64,000 nucleotides of DNA, from positions 1,088,001 to 1,152,000 of the forward strand of contig CAWJCS010000002.1 of assembly GCA_963841435.1 (NCBI GenBank), in the 5' to 3' direction. The translations under genes and the position numbers were made by a program. The notes beneath the pieces are model-generated. The model was not told the DNA's origin, made no database searches, and was given only the letters and a program-made list of their open reading frames with translations. Every line of letters starts with the position of its first letter. Position 1 is the stretch's first letter. Source of the stretch: an uncultured delta proteobacterium (GTDB lineage Bacteria > Myxococcota_A > Polyangia > Polyangiales > Polyangiaceae). Below, piece by piece: positions 10,547 to 19,651 of the stretch.

Positions 10547-11383
10547 ATGCACGTGGGATGGGGCGCCGTCGGGTGTTTCTGGAGCGTCGCGCTCCGCGCG
10601 GATTGCGTCACGGGCGGCGAGGGAGGTTGCGGGAATTGTCCGACCGTAGACCGTCTCGAGGACGCGGGGCTTTGTGTCGCGACGGCGGGCGTTCGCGGTG
10701 ACCTCGACCTGCTCGTTGGCGTCGTTCCACGGCTCGTGGCTGACATTTCGAACGCGCGTTCGGGCGTTACTACTTGGAAGCCATTGGTCGCCGTCGCTTG
10801 TTCCCCGCGGCCCCGAGCGCTCAAAGGAAACCCCGCTGTCGTCGTGCAAGTCCTCAACGCGGGCGCGGACGACTGTCTCTCTTGCCCATTCGACCCAGCC
10901 GAGCTCCGCGCGCGACTCTGCGCCGTCGCCCGCCGTGGGCACTTGGGTGAGCGCGGCCCCGACGTGGTTGAGGTGGATCGCAATGAATCGCGGGTCCGAA
11001 TCGGGAATTTCGAGGCACGCCTTTCACGGCGGCAGCTGGACGTCTTCTCTTACCTCGCGGAGCGTCGCGAGCGATGGGTCCATTCCAGCGAAATCATCAA
11101 GGCAGTCTGCGGAACGCACCACGACGAAGGGACGTTGCTTGTCCGCGTTCAGATTCACGGCATCCGGAGGGCTGTCGGTCCCATGCGAATTTGCGTAGAG
11201 GCTGACGGACACCGAAGCTACCGGTTTACCTCTTGCGCCGCCAGCCTCGGCACGGGTGATTGCCACGGGGCGGAAGCTCTGGCTCGACCGGTTGTACCCG
11301 GAGTCGTTGACACGCGACCAGCCGGCCCCGCCGTACTCAACCGTCGGGCAGCTCGCGACCCTCTCGTCCGAAGAACGCGATGA
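10547..11383 (+). CDS. Atypical/degenerate OmpR-family response regulator
   Basis: LNAGADDCLSCPFDPAELRARL receiver tail plus winged helix (LSRRQLDVFSYL..LVRVQIHGIRR..GHRSYRF); start uncertain. Confidence 0.6.
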   Translation: MHVGWGAVGCFWSVALRADCVTGGEGGCGNCPTVDRLEDAGLCVATAGVRGDLDLLVGVVPRLVADISNARSGVTTWKPLVAVACSPRPRALKGNPAVVVQVLNAGADDCLSCPFDPAELRARLCAVARRGHLGERGPDVVEVDRNESRVRIGNFEARLSRRQLDVFSYLAERRERWVHSSEIIKAVCGTHHDEGTLLVRVQIHGIRRAVGPMRICVEADGHRSYRFTSCAASLGTGDCHGAEALARPVVPGVVDTRPAGPAVLNRRAARDPLVRRTR

Positions 11384-11957
11384 CCCGATGCTCACCAGGC
11401 CCAGCGTCTGGCAACGTTACCGCCATGCCCGGTCCGTGCCAATGCAGCTGTGGTAGCAAGTCCAGTTTTGCGGCGTCGATCCCGTCGGCGTCGCCACTCA
11501 CGAGGACCAGCCTACACAGGTTGGCTCGACACTTCAGGTCGTCCACATGGATCCCGCGCGCCTCGAGTTTGACCGTCCCGCTCCGGAGCCTCGTTTCCGC
11601 GTCCGCTTCCCAGCTCCGATCACGCGTGTCCTCCTCGAAGAACGTCTGTAGGAACTGGCGATAGTCCTCCAGGTCGTCCGAGACTCTCGGAGGCTCAGCC
11701 ACGTCGTCTACAGCGGGCGTAACCGCCGGCATTATCGGCGCTTCCGCGGTAACGTCGCGCAGCTCGGTCTGACGAGTGGTCCCAGGCGCCCTCCCCAGCA
11801 GGTCCACGGTGTCGCGATCGCGTGTGTTCTTGCTGATCGGCCTGGCTGCGTTTCGCGCGTCGTCGTGCCGCTGGGCAGAACGCGCTTGCAGGTGATACCA
11901 AGCGAGGCTCGTCGTGGCTGCCAAAACGACCGCGCTCGTCATGAGTATTTGGCGCAT
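11337..11957 (-). CDS. Hypothetical membrane-anchored/secreted protein
   Basis: N-terminal hydrophobic anchor; C-terminal domain with DRSWE and CRANLCRL; AGGAG RBS upstream. Confidence 0.7.
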   Translation of the reverse strand: MRQILMTSAVVLAATTSLAWYHLQARSAQRHDDARNAARPISKNTRDRDTVDLLGRAPGTTRQTELRDVTAEAPIMPAVTPAVDDVAEPPRVSDDLEDYRQFLQTFFEEDTRDRSWEADAETRLRSGTVKLEARGIHVDDLKCRANLCRLVLVSGDADGIDAAKLDLLPQLHWHGPGMAVTLPDAGPGEHRVIAFFGREGRELPDG

Positions 11958-12012
11958 GGCGGTGCTCCTGGGTGATCGTGCCGCCCCGGACCAGCCAGGG
12001 CGGCACGGGCCC

Positions 12013-12471
12013 TCACGTCCAGTCGAAGGCGTTCACACCAGGCCTTGCGCCAATGGCAGCTTGTGGGAGGTCGCATTCGAACATCAGTGAAGTGCCTGCC
12101 ACCACGTTCAGGGATCCGAGGGAAACGCTGACGTACGACGCGGACGTGGTGGAGCCGCCGGCGCTCCACACGACGGCATTGGCGCCATCGACCCGGGCAC
12201 CCCAGCACCACGTTGCGTTCTGGCCGTTGCCCTTCATGCGCCCTGTCAGGGCATAGTTCTTGAACGCGCTCAAAACGACGGGGACGTAAACGGTCGCTCC
12301 CGCGATCATGATTGGATTCTCCCAGTTGGCAAGGAGGGCTCGCTGCGCGTTCCCATCCAAATTGAAGCCGAGGGCTGCCGGCGCCCGGTAGGCCAGGGCT
12401 TCGGACGGACCGAGCAGCGCCGCGGACGCGATGCCCATGGCGCACAAACCAGAGATGATGTTCTTGAACAT
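12013..12471 (-). CDS. Hypothetical secreted beta-rich protein
   Basis: Signal peptide MFKNIISGLCAMGIASAALLGPSEALA; AGGAG/GGGAG RBS upstream. Confidence 0.75.
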   Translation of the reverse strand: MFKNIISGLCAMGIASAALLGPSEALAYRAPAALGFNLDGNAQRALLANWENPIMIAGATVYVPVVLSAFKNYALTGRMKGNGQNATWCWGARVDGANAVVWSAGGSTTSASYVSVSLGSLNVVAGTSLMFECDLPQAAIGARPGVNAFDWT

Positions 12472-12587
12472 GGCTCCCACTCCTTGTAACCTTGACGATA
12501 GCGTTTCCCGGTGCTGCCGCAGAAGGGGTCCGCGGCTCGCACTGGTCTCATACCCTCAGCCATCGGCCGGTCCCTGTTATTTTTGGG

Positions 12588-12839
12588 TTAGCAGTGGGAG
12601 GAACGAGGCTCGCGTCGAGCGGGCTCGATGAGCCCGAGGTCGAAGGAGATATCCTCGCCGATACCCACCGAGTAGACGACGGAGTCGCGACCGAGCAGTG
12701 CCGGAAGCACCTCGTAGCCGCCGTAGCTCGTGCCGAGGAACACCGACTCGGCGTCGAGCTCCACGCCGTGCCGCGGCCGGCCGCGAAAGCGCCGCCAGGC
12801 ACCCCCGAGAAAGCCGGGAACTCTCGAGCGACGGGCCAC
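12588..12839 (-). pseudogene. Truncated FkbM/Methyltransf_22-like methyltransferase (N-terminal remnant)
   Basis: LGTSYGGY..DSVVYSVGIGEDISFDLGLIE is the typical N-terminus; similarity stops abruptly at ~12625. Confidence 0.7.
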
Positions 12840-12877
12840 GGGGGCCCGGACGCTACCACCTGGTCGTCTGAAGTAAA

Positions 12878-13820
12878 GTGGCGCCGGTGCCGCCCGCGAC
12901 GCTCGACCGCCGCATCGTCCACTACGCCCTCAACGATCCGCGTGAGGTGCGCGGCGGCGTCGAGAGTTTCGGCCGCACGCTCGCCAAGGATTTTCGGTGA
13001 GGTCGTCTACATGACGCCGCAGACGCGCGACGAGGCGCTCGTTGTCGCCGAACGTCTGCCCGTCGTCTGCGACAACCAGTTCGTCCTCGATTGGCCCGAG
13101 AGCATCCCCGTGATCGGCTTCCAGCACGGCGTGGCTCGCGAAAAATTCAAGGCGATCCCCAATCGCGAAACGCTCGACCTCGCCCGGCGCCAGGCACGCG
13201 CCGCGCGGCGCAAGAACACGCTCTGGGGCGCCGGGGCACGCTGGATCTCCGACACCTTCGCGGCCCTCTACGGCAACGGCGCCACGCGCGTCATCTACTA
13301 CCCGGTCAACCTGGCGCGCTTCGACGGGCGCCTCGCAAACACAGGCTCGCGGCTCGTCTTGCACGACGGCCGAACGCCGCACAAGGGCTCGCAGCTTTAC
13401 CCCGCGCTCGCACGCGCGCTTCCCGAGCATCGCATCGAGCCGCTGCTCGGCCCTTCCGACGAGGTGCCCGATCGCCTGCGCGAAGCGTGCGCCTTTTTTC
13501 ATCTTTCGAGCTACGAGGGCAACAGCGTGATGTGCACGGAGGCCATGGCCATGAACCTCCCGTGCTTCTTTACCCGCGTCGGCCTGTTTCGTGACGGGCT
13601 CGATCTCGACGTGTGGAGCGTGCCTCGGTCGCTCGCGTATGGACCGTTCGCGCGCTTGCGTCGTTCGGAGCTCACGAGCGAAGCACGCGCGTTCTTGAGC
13701 TCGCTCACGACGCGGCGCTACGCCCCCCGCACGTGGGTCGAAGAGCACGCCTCGCTCGACGCCGCTCGCTCCGGCTGGGTCGACCTGATGACCGCCTTCG
13801 ACCGCCTTGTTTGGCCGTAA
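12878..13820 (+). CDS. Glycosyltransferase-like (GT-B) protein, apparent +1 frameshift at ~12986
   Basis: IVHYALNDPREVRGGVESFGRTLA continues into RIFGEVVYM if one A is removed at 12986-12987; SSYEGNSVMCTEAMAMNLP motif. Confidence 0.7.
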
Positions 13821-13909
13821 CGCCCGCCGGCCGTGCCCGCACGCGAGGCATGTTCACGCGGCCCGAGGTGGGTTATGATTGTTGATCCGCCCCCTTTGGC
13901 GGAGCACGC

Positions 13910-15142
13910 ATGGCGCCCCTTCGTCTCTCGGTGCTGGTCGTTGGTCTAACGAGCCTGGTCGCTTGCACGTCGGATGACGGGTCGAGCGGGAGCGGAGGAC
14001 CGCCCTCGATGGGAGGGAGCGGAGGGACGGCGGCGGGCAGCGGCGCTCTGGGCAAGGGCGGCGGCGGCTCGGGCGCGAGCGGCGGCGCTGCGGGCAAGGG
14101 CGCCGGCGGGTCCGCGGGGGCGAGCGCAGGGAAAGGAGGCTCGTCGGGGGCGAGCGGCAGCGGGGCAGGCGCAGGCTCGGGCGGTGCGGCGGGCTCGGGC
14201 GGCGCGTCCGGGGGCTCGAGCGGAGCGGCAGGGGACGCGGGCGCTGCCGGCGCGGGCACGAGCGGAGACCTCCCCGAGGGTGATACGGGCATCGCCGCGC
14301 GCCACCCAGGCGACGAGGGCATCGACGCGGACGCCGCCGTGATCTTCTTCGACGATTTCGAAAGCTACGCGAGCGGCGCCGACCTCTGGGACAACTGGGA
14401 CAACGTCTATCAACAGCAATACGTCACGCTCACGACGGTGGCGGCGGACGTGCGTTTCGGCAACCAGGCCCTCGAATTCACGCTGCCCGAGCAAACCGAA
14501 GAGCTCAGCGACGCCCTCGACAAGATCGTGAGCCCGGAAGAGGACGTGCTGTTCCTGCGCTACTACTCCAAATTCCAGCCTCCCTACGACGTCGTCGGCT
14601 CGAGTCACAACGGCTCCGGCATCAGCGCGCACTACTTCATGGGCAACAACGCGACGCCCGGCGTCCGCGCCGACGGGACGAACAAGTTCCTCGTGAATCT
14701 CGAGAACTGGCGGGGTGAGGCCACGACGGCGTCGCCGGGCTACATGAACCTCTACGTTTACCACCCGCTCCAGCGCGACGATTACGGGGATCACTTCTTC
14801 CCGAACGGCGAGGTGATGCCCAATACCAGCTTGCCGTTCGATTTCGGACCCGACTTCGTGAGCCGCGAGCAGCTCATTCCCGAGCTCGATCGCTGGTACT
14901 GCTTCGAGCTCATGGTGAAGGCCAACACGCCCGGCCAAACCGACGGGCGCCTGGCGTTCTGGATCGACGGCGAGCTCCGCGGCGATTTTCCGAACCTCAG
15001 GCTTCGCGACGTCGCCACGCTCACGATCGACCGCTTCCAGCTCTCGTTCCACATCAAGTCGAACCCGAACGGCGAAGCCAAGAAGTGGTACGACAACGTC
15101 GTGGCCGCCCGCTCCTACATCGGGCCGCTCGTCACGCCTTGA
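13910..15142 (+). CDS. Lipoprotein with Gly-rich linker and polysaccharide-lyase-like/LamG-like beta-sandwich domain
   Basis: Lipobox LVAC; ~100 aa G/S/A linker; IFFDDFE, LFLRYYSKF, RWYCFELMVKANTPG..DG, WYDNVV. Confidence 0.75.
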   Translation: MAPLRLSVLVVGLTSLVACTSDDGSSGSGGPPSMGGSGGTAAGSGALGKGGGGSGASGGAAGKGAGGSAGASAGKGGSSGASGSGAGAGSGGAAGSGGASGGSSGAAGDAGAAGAGTSGDLPEGDTGIAARHPGDEGIDADAAVIFFDDFESYASGADLWDNWDNVYQQQYVTLTTVAADVRFGNQALEFTLPEQTEELSDALDKIVSPEEDVLFLRYYSKFQPPYDVVGSSHNGSGISAHYFMGNNATPGVRADGTNKFLVNLENWRGEATTASPGYMNLYVYHPLQRDDYGDHFFPNGEVMPNTSLPFDFGPDFVSREQLIPELDRWYCFELMVKANTPGQTDGRLAFWIDGELRGDFPNLRLRDVATLTIDRFQLSFHIKSNPNGEAKKWYDNVVAARSYIGPLVTP

Positions 15143-15193
15143 GTCTTGCTCGCGGCCCGGGCCGTGGCGAGTTGGACGCGGCGCGTCGAGGAC

Positions 15194-16018
15194 TCAGCCT
15201 GCTCCGCGTTCGCGCGGCTTTCGCGCGGCGCGCTTCGCGCGCGCTTCCAGCGCATCCAGGCTCGATGCGAGCAGGTGCGCGGCGGCCGCGTCTCCCTCGG
15301 CGTCGACTTCCTCGGCGTCGATGTAGAGCTCCTCGGCGTCGACGGGCCCCTCGGAGGGCGCGTCCTCGAAGGTGAGCACGTGATCGAAGAGCGCGTCGGC
15401 GTTGGCGAGCTCGGCGACCAACGGCTCGAGCGCGCGGTGCCCGAGCACGCCGAGCGCCTGGCGCGTCGCGAGCGCGAGCGTTTCCTTGACGCCGCTGCCG
15501 AGCGAGGCGATCGCGGGCAGCACGGGCACCGAGTCGGCGAGCTTGAGCCGCTTTTTCATGCGCTCCGGCTCGAGCGCACCCTCGACGTCTTGCTTGTTGA
15601 CCTGGACGACGACGGGGATCGGCTTTTTTCGCTGTTTGATGCTGCCGCGGAGCCGCGCGAAGGCGCGCAGGGAGTCGGGGACCTGCGCCGGGCTCGCGTC
15701 GCACACGAACACCACGACGTCGGCCATTTCGACGAGCGGGCGACGGCGGTAGTTGCGCTCGATCTGCCCGGGCACGGTGATGAGCTGCAGCTTGATCGGT
15801 GCAGGCGACTTGCGCGGCCCATCGACCTCGAGCCAGTCGAAGAACATGGTCCGCCCGCGCAGCTGCGCCGGCGTCACCATCTCGCTGCGGCGCGTCGCGG
15901 GGACGAAGTCGCAGATCTTCCGAAGGTTCGTCGTCTTTCCCGCCATCCCCGGTCCGTCGTACACCACGCGCACGACGTAACAGCCGCGGTCGGAATCCCA
16001 GGACGCCATGTTTCTCAC
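15194..16018 (-). CDS. MglA-like small GTPase with acidic C-terminal extension
   Basis: VVYDGPGMAGKTTNL (G1), RTMFFD, TVPGQ, NKQD (G4). Confidence 0.85.
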   Translation of the reverse strand: MRNMASWDSDRGCYVVRVVYDGPGMAGKTTNLRKICDFVPATRRSEMVTPAQLRGRTMFFDWLEVDGPRKSPAPIKLQLITVPGQIERNYRRRPLVEMADVVVFVCDASPAQVPDSLRAFARLRGSIKQRKKPIPVVVQVNKQDVEGALEPERMKKRLKLADSVPVLPAIASLGSGVKETLALATRQALGVLGHRALEPLVAELANADALFDHVLTFEDAPSEGPVDAEELYIDAEEVDAEGDAAAAHLLASSLDALEARAKRAARKPRERGAG

Positions 16019-16068
16019 CGACTAGCGCATTGTCGGAGCGGACGAAAGTGGGCCGCCGGCGAACGGCG

Positions 16069-16083
16069 TGGCATGTCCCTTGC
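16069..16083 (+). promoter_or_regulatory. Candidate sigma-54 -24/-12 promoter
   Basis: TGGCATG-TCCC-TTGC matches TGGCACG-N4-TTGC at all but one position; intergenic, upstream of 16245. Confidence 0.45.
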
Positions 16084-16162
16084 CGGCGCGATGTGCGCGC
16101 GGTGCCTCGACTTTCGTGGCAGGCCGGGAACGCCGCCCGCTAGCCCGCTGCTTCGCGGCGCG

Positions 16163-16178
16163 CGGCCCGGCGCTTGCT
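16163..16178 (+). promoter_or_regulatory. Second candidate sigma-54 promoter
   Basis: CGGCCCG-GCGC-TTGCT with exact GG-N10-GC spacing, ~65 bp upstream of the ATG at 16245. Confidence 0.35.
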
Positions 16179-16244
16179 TTCGTGAAAGCGCGCCGACGAG
16201 CGTTTGCTTCTCGCGCCGGGGCTCGTGGGGTATCTGACGCGGCC

Positions 16245-17329
16245 ATGAATCTTCGGGCGTGGCTCGGCGCGGCCGCAACGCCAGGCTTCGTGCGTCGCTC
16301 GATCGCCGCCGTCCTCTCGTTGCACGCACTCGTCTGGACCGTCGCGGGGCTCTCCCATTCCATCTCGCTCGTCGGCATCCTCGGCCACTACGACGCAGGC
16401 TGGTACCTCGGCATCGCGACGCGCGGCTACCACGGCAACGCCTGGGCGTTCTATCCGCTCTGGGCGCTCGTCATGGCCGCCGTCGGGCGGCTCGTGCCGG
16501 GGCCGCTGCCGCTCGTCGCGAGCGGCCTCGCGCTCGCGCTCTACCTTTTCACCGTCGAGCGGATCTCTTGCGCCCCCAGCCGCTCGACTGCCTCTCGCCG
16601 CGCACGCGGCTCGGCTGGCTCGCGTTCCTGCTCGCGCCTGCCGGCTACGTGTTCCACACGGCCCACACCGAGTCCCTATTCTTTTTGCTGTCGATGGGCG
16701 CGTTCGCGCTCGCCGTGCGGCGTGCCTGGATCAGTGCCGCGCTGCTCGCGGGCCTCGCGGCGCTCACGCGCAACCAGGGCGTGCTCGTCGCGCTGGGCGT
16801 CGCCGTCGCCGCCTACCAGCTTGCGCCGCGCGGCCGGGGTGCGCTGCGCTTCGTCGTCTCCGGCGCCATCAGCGGCGCCCTGTTCGCGCTCTACCCGGCC
16901 TATCAGTACCTCCAGACGGGCAACCCCTTCATGAACGTCGCAGCGCAACAGAACTGGACGAGAGCCACGGGGGTCGGCGACATGGTGAAGGCGCTCGTGC
17001 TCGGCAACGCCAAGGCCCCGTTCGAGTACCTGACGCGCGCGCGCCACCCCTATTTCTTGGCGTTCGTTGCCGTATCCATCGCCATGGCGAGGCGGCGCGA
17101 GCTCAGGCCGCTCGCGGCTTACTTTCTCACGAGCCTTTCGCTCATGTTGTTTCAGGGCACGGTTTCGAACTTCTTCCGCTACACGGTGCCGCTCGCCCCG
17201 CTGATGTTCTTCGCGGGTGACTGGCTGTCCAAGCGCCGTCTCGGCTGGCAGCTCGTCGTGATGGTCCCGACGCTCTACTTCCACCTCGAGCTCACGTGGA
17301 ACTACGCCATCGGACGCTGGGCCTACTGA
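16245..17329 (+). CDS. PIG-V/Mannosyl_trans2-like GT-C mannosyltransferase, apparent -1 frameshift at ~16565
   Basis: YDAGWYLGIATRGY..AFYPLW in one frame, HTESLF..ALTRNQG in the next; one added base after gagcggatc joins them. Confidence 0.78.
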
Positions 17330-17333
17330 CGCG

Positions 17334-17373
17334 CGCGCGGCGCGGGCGCACCGGGGCGCCCGTTCGCCGCGCG
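17334..17373. terminator. GC-rich hairpin between convergent genes
   Basis: gcgcggcg-cgggcgc ... gcgcccg-tt-cgccgcgc inverted repeat; no U-tract. Confidence 0.4.
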
Positions 17374-17386
17374 AGCGGTGCTCGGG

Positions 17387-18718
17387 TCAGCTCCGGCTGA
17401 GCCCCGCCTCGCGCGCGCGGTGCTCGAGATCGCGGAAGCGTCGAGCGAGCGCTTGCACGAGCGCCCCCGTCCAGCCCTCGACACCGAGCCCCTCGGAGAG
17501 CGTGGCGCGATCGAGCACGAGGAGCGTCAAGGGCTCGACGGCCTGAACGGAGGCCGCGCGCGGCTCGTCGAGCAGCAGCGCCATTTCGCCGAACACGTCG
17601 CCGGGGCCCATGGTCGTGAGCGTTTCTTCGCCGCTCGCGACCTTACGAAACGCGCGGCAGCGCCCGCTCACGATGATGTACGCGGCCTCGCCCTTCTCGC
17701 CTTCGCGAATCACGAGCTCGCCGGTGGACAACGCTTTCCTCGGGAGATGCAACCCGCCGAGCAGGAACGCACGCACGTCGCGCTGCAGCTCGATGACCGT
17801 CTGATACCTGAGGTCGGGGTCCGGCTGCGTCGCACGATCGACGATGTTGCGAATGCGCTTCGAGACACCGAGCTCCGCGGCCGCCTTCTCCACCGGGATC
17901 ACGCGCTCGGCCTTGGCGAGCTCGATGATGCGATCGGCGTCGAGCTCGAAGCCGTACGGCGTGCGACCCGTGACGATCTCGTACAGGATCGCGCCCAGAC
18001 CGAAGACGTCGGAGCGCTCGTCCATCTCGCTCGGAATGCCGCGCGCCTGCTCGGGCGACATGTAGGCCGGCGTGCCGACGGGACCGGGGGCCTCCATCTG
18101 CGCGTTCTCGCCCGAGGCAGGCCGCGTGCGTGAAAGCCGCGCGAGACCCCAGTCCATCACGTAGACCTGGCCGAAACCGGCCACCATGATGTTGTCCGGC
18201 TTGATGTCGCGGTGGATGACACCACGATGGTGGGCGTAGGCGATCGCGTCGCACACTTTGAGGAAAATCTCGAGCCCTTGCTCGAGGCGAACGGTGGAGC
18301 CGGGCGGCTTTTGCTCGTCGAGCAGCCAGTGATGAAAACCCTCGCCCTGGACGAGCTTCATCGTGAAATATGGCACCCCGTTCGGATCGAGCGCGAGCTC
18401 GTGCACGGGGACGATGTTCGGGTGCTCGAGCTGGCCGGTGATCTGCGCCTCGGCGATGAAGCCGTCGCGGTAGAAGGACTCGGGCACGAGCTCCTTCGCG
18501 AGGCGCTTGAGCGCCACGTGCCGGAGCAGATTGCGGTCCGTGGCCGGGTGGATGCGCCCCATGCCACCTCGCCCGAGCTCCGGGTAGATCCGGAGATGAG
18601 CCGGCGTCGGAATCCCCTCCGCCTGGATCTCCTTGGCGGGGACCTCGTTCTTGCCCCCCACGGGGATGGTCTCGATGACATAGACCGGCGGTAGGGCTTC
18701 TGGTTCTTGTTCGGGCAC
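17387..18718 (-). CDS. Ser/Thr protein kinase with C-terminal cyclic-nucleotide-binding domain
   Basis: LGRGGMG, VALK, HRDIKPDN, DWG, GTPAYMSPEQ; cNMP motif FGEMALL..PRAASV. Confidence 0.92.
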   Translation of the reverse strand: MPEQEPEALPPVYVIETIPVGGKNEVPAKEIQAEGIPTPAHLRIYPELGRGGMGRIHPATDRNLLRHVALKRLAKELVPESFYRDGFIAEAQITGQLEHPNIVPVHELALDPNGVPYFTMKLVQGEGFHHWLLDEQKPPGSTVRLEQGLEIFLKVCDAIAYAHHRGVIHRDIKPDNIMVAGFGQVYVMDWGLARLSRTRPASGENAQMEAPGPVGTPAYMSPEQARGIPSEMDERSDVFGLGAILYEIVTGRTPYGFELDADRIIELAKAERVIPVEKAAAELGVSKRIRNIVDRATQPDPDLRYQTVIELQRDVRAFLLGGLHLPRKALSTGELVIREGEKGEAAYIIVSGRCRAFRKVASGEETLTTMGPGDVFGEMALLLDEPRAASVQAVEPLTLLVLDRATLSEGLGVEGWTGALVQALARRFRDLEHRAREAGLSRS

Positions 18719-18798
18719 GTGGGCCTCCAGCGTTCCGTGAGACTACACCTCCGCGTGCTCGCGGTGTAGCATCCGCGCCCTCGCGGAAAAAAAGCACC

Positions 18799-19575
18799 AT
18801 GGCGTACCCCGAGCTCACGTTGGAAGGGCGCACGGCCGTCGTCATCGGCGGAACGAGCGGTATCGGCAAGCTGATCGCTCTCGGCTTTGCCAAGGCTGGC
18901 GCCGACGTCGCGCCAACGTCGCGTCGCGAAAGCGAGGTTTCCGAGACCGCGCAGGCCATCGAGGCCCTCGGCAAGCGCTCGCTTCGCGTTCCGTCCGACG
19001 TGACCGATCGCAAGTCGCTCGAGGAGCTCTTGCGGGCGGCCGTCGCGGCGTTCGGCAAAGTCGATATTCTCGTCAATTGCGCGGGCCGACTGCGGCGCGT
19101 CCCCACGCTCGAGGTGAGCGACGAGGAGTTTACCTCGGTTCTCGAAACGAACCTCACGGGCACGTTTCGCTCCTGCCAGGTGTTCGGCAAGCACATGCTC
19201 GAGCGCGGCTACGGGCGCATCGTCAACGTCGGCTCGCTCACGTCGTTCGTCGCGTTCTACGAAGTGACGCCGTACACGGCGAGCAAGGCGGGCGTCGCCG
19301 GGCTCACGCGCTCGCTCGCCATCGAGTGGGGCTCGCGTGGCGTGCTCGTCAACGCCATCGCCCCCGGCGTATTTCGCACGCCGCTCAACGCCGCCGTCAT
19401 CGACGGCACGCCGCGCGGCAAGGAGCTGTTGATGCGCACGCCGCTCGGCCGCTTCGGCCGGCTCGACGAGTGCGTGGGGCCCGCGATCTTCCTCGCCTCG
19501 GAGGCAGCAAGCTTCGTGAACGGGCAGATCCTCGCCGTTGACGGCGGCTTTCTCGCGAGCGGCGTGAATCAGTAG
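18799..19575 (+). CDS. SDR oxidoreductase (KduD / gluconate 5-dehydrogenase / fructuronate reductase-like)
   Basis: GGTSGIG, NCAG, YTASK, NAIAPG, VDGG; first gene upstream of kdgK-uxaC. Confidence 0.88.
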   Translation: MAYPELTLEGRTAVVIGGTSGIGKLIALGFAKAGADVAPTSRRESEVSETAQAIEALGKRSLRVPSDVTDRKSLEELLRAAVAAFGKVDILVNCAGRLRRVPTLEVSDEEFTSVLETNLTGTFRSCQVFGKHMLERGYGRIVNVGSLTSFVAFYEVTPYTASKAGVAGLTRSLAIEWGSRGVLVNAIAPGVFRTPLNAAVIDGTPRGKELLMRTPLGRFGRLDECVGPAIFLASEAASFVNGQILAVDGGFLASGVNQ

Positions 19576-19651
19576 GGCTCGGCCGGCCCGGCGGGCGCTG
19601 CTTTTTGGCGATTCGCGTGATCTTCCGGGCCTCGAGCGGCATGATCGGGGC

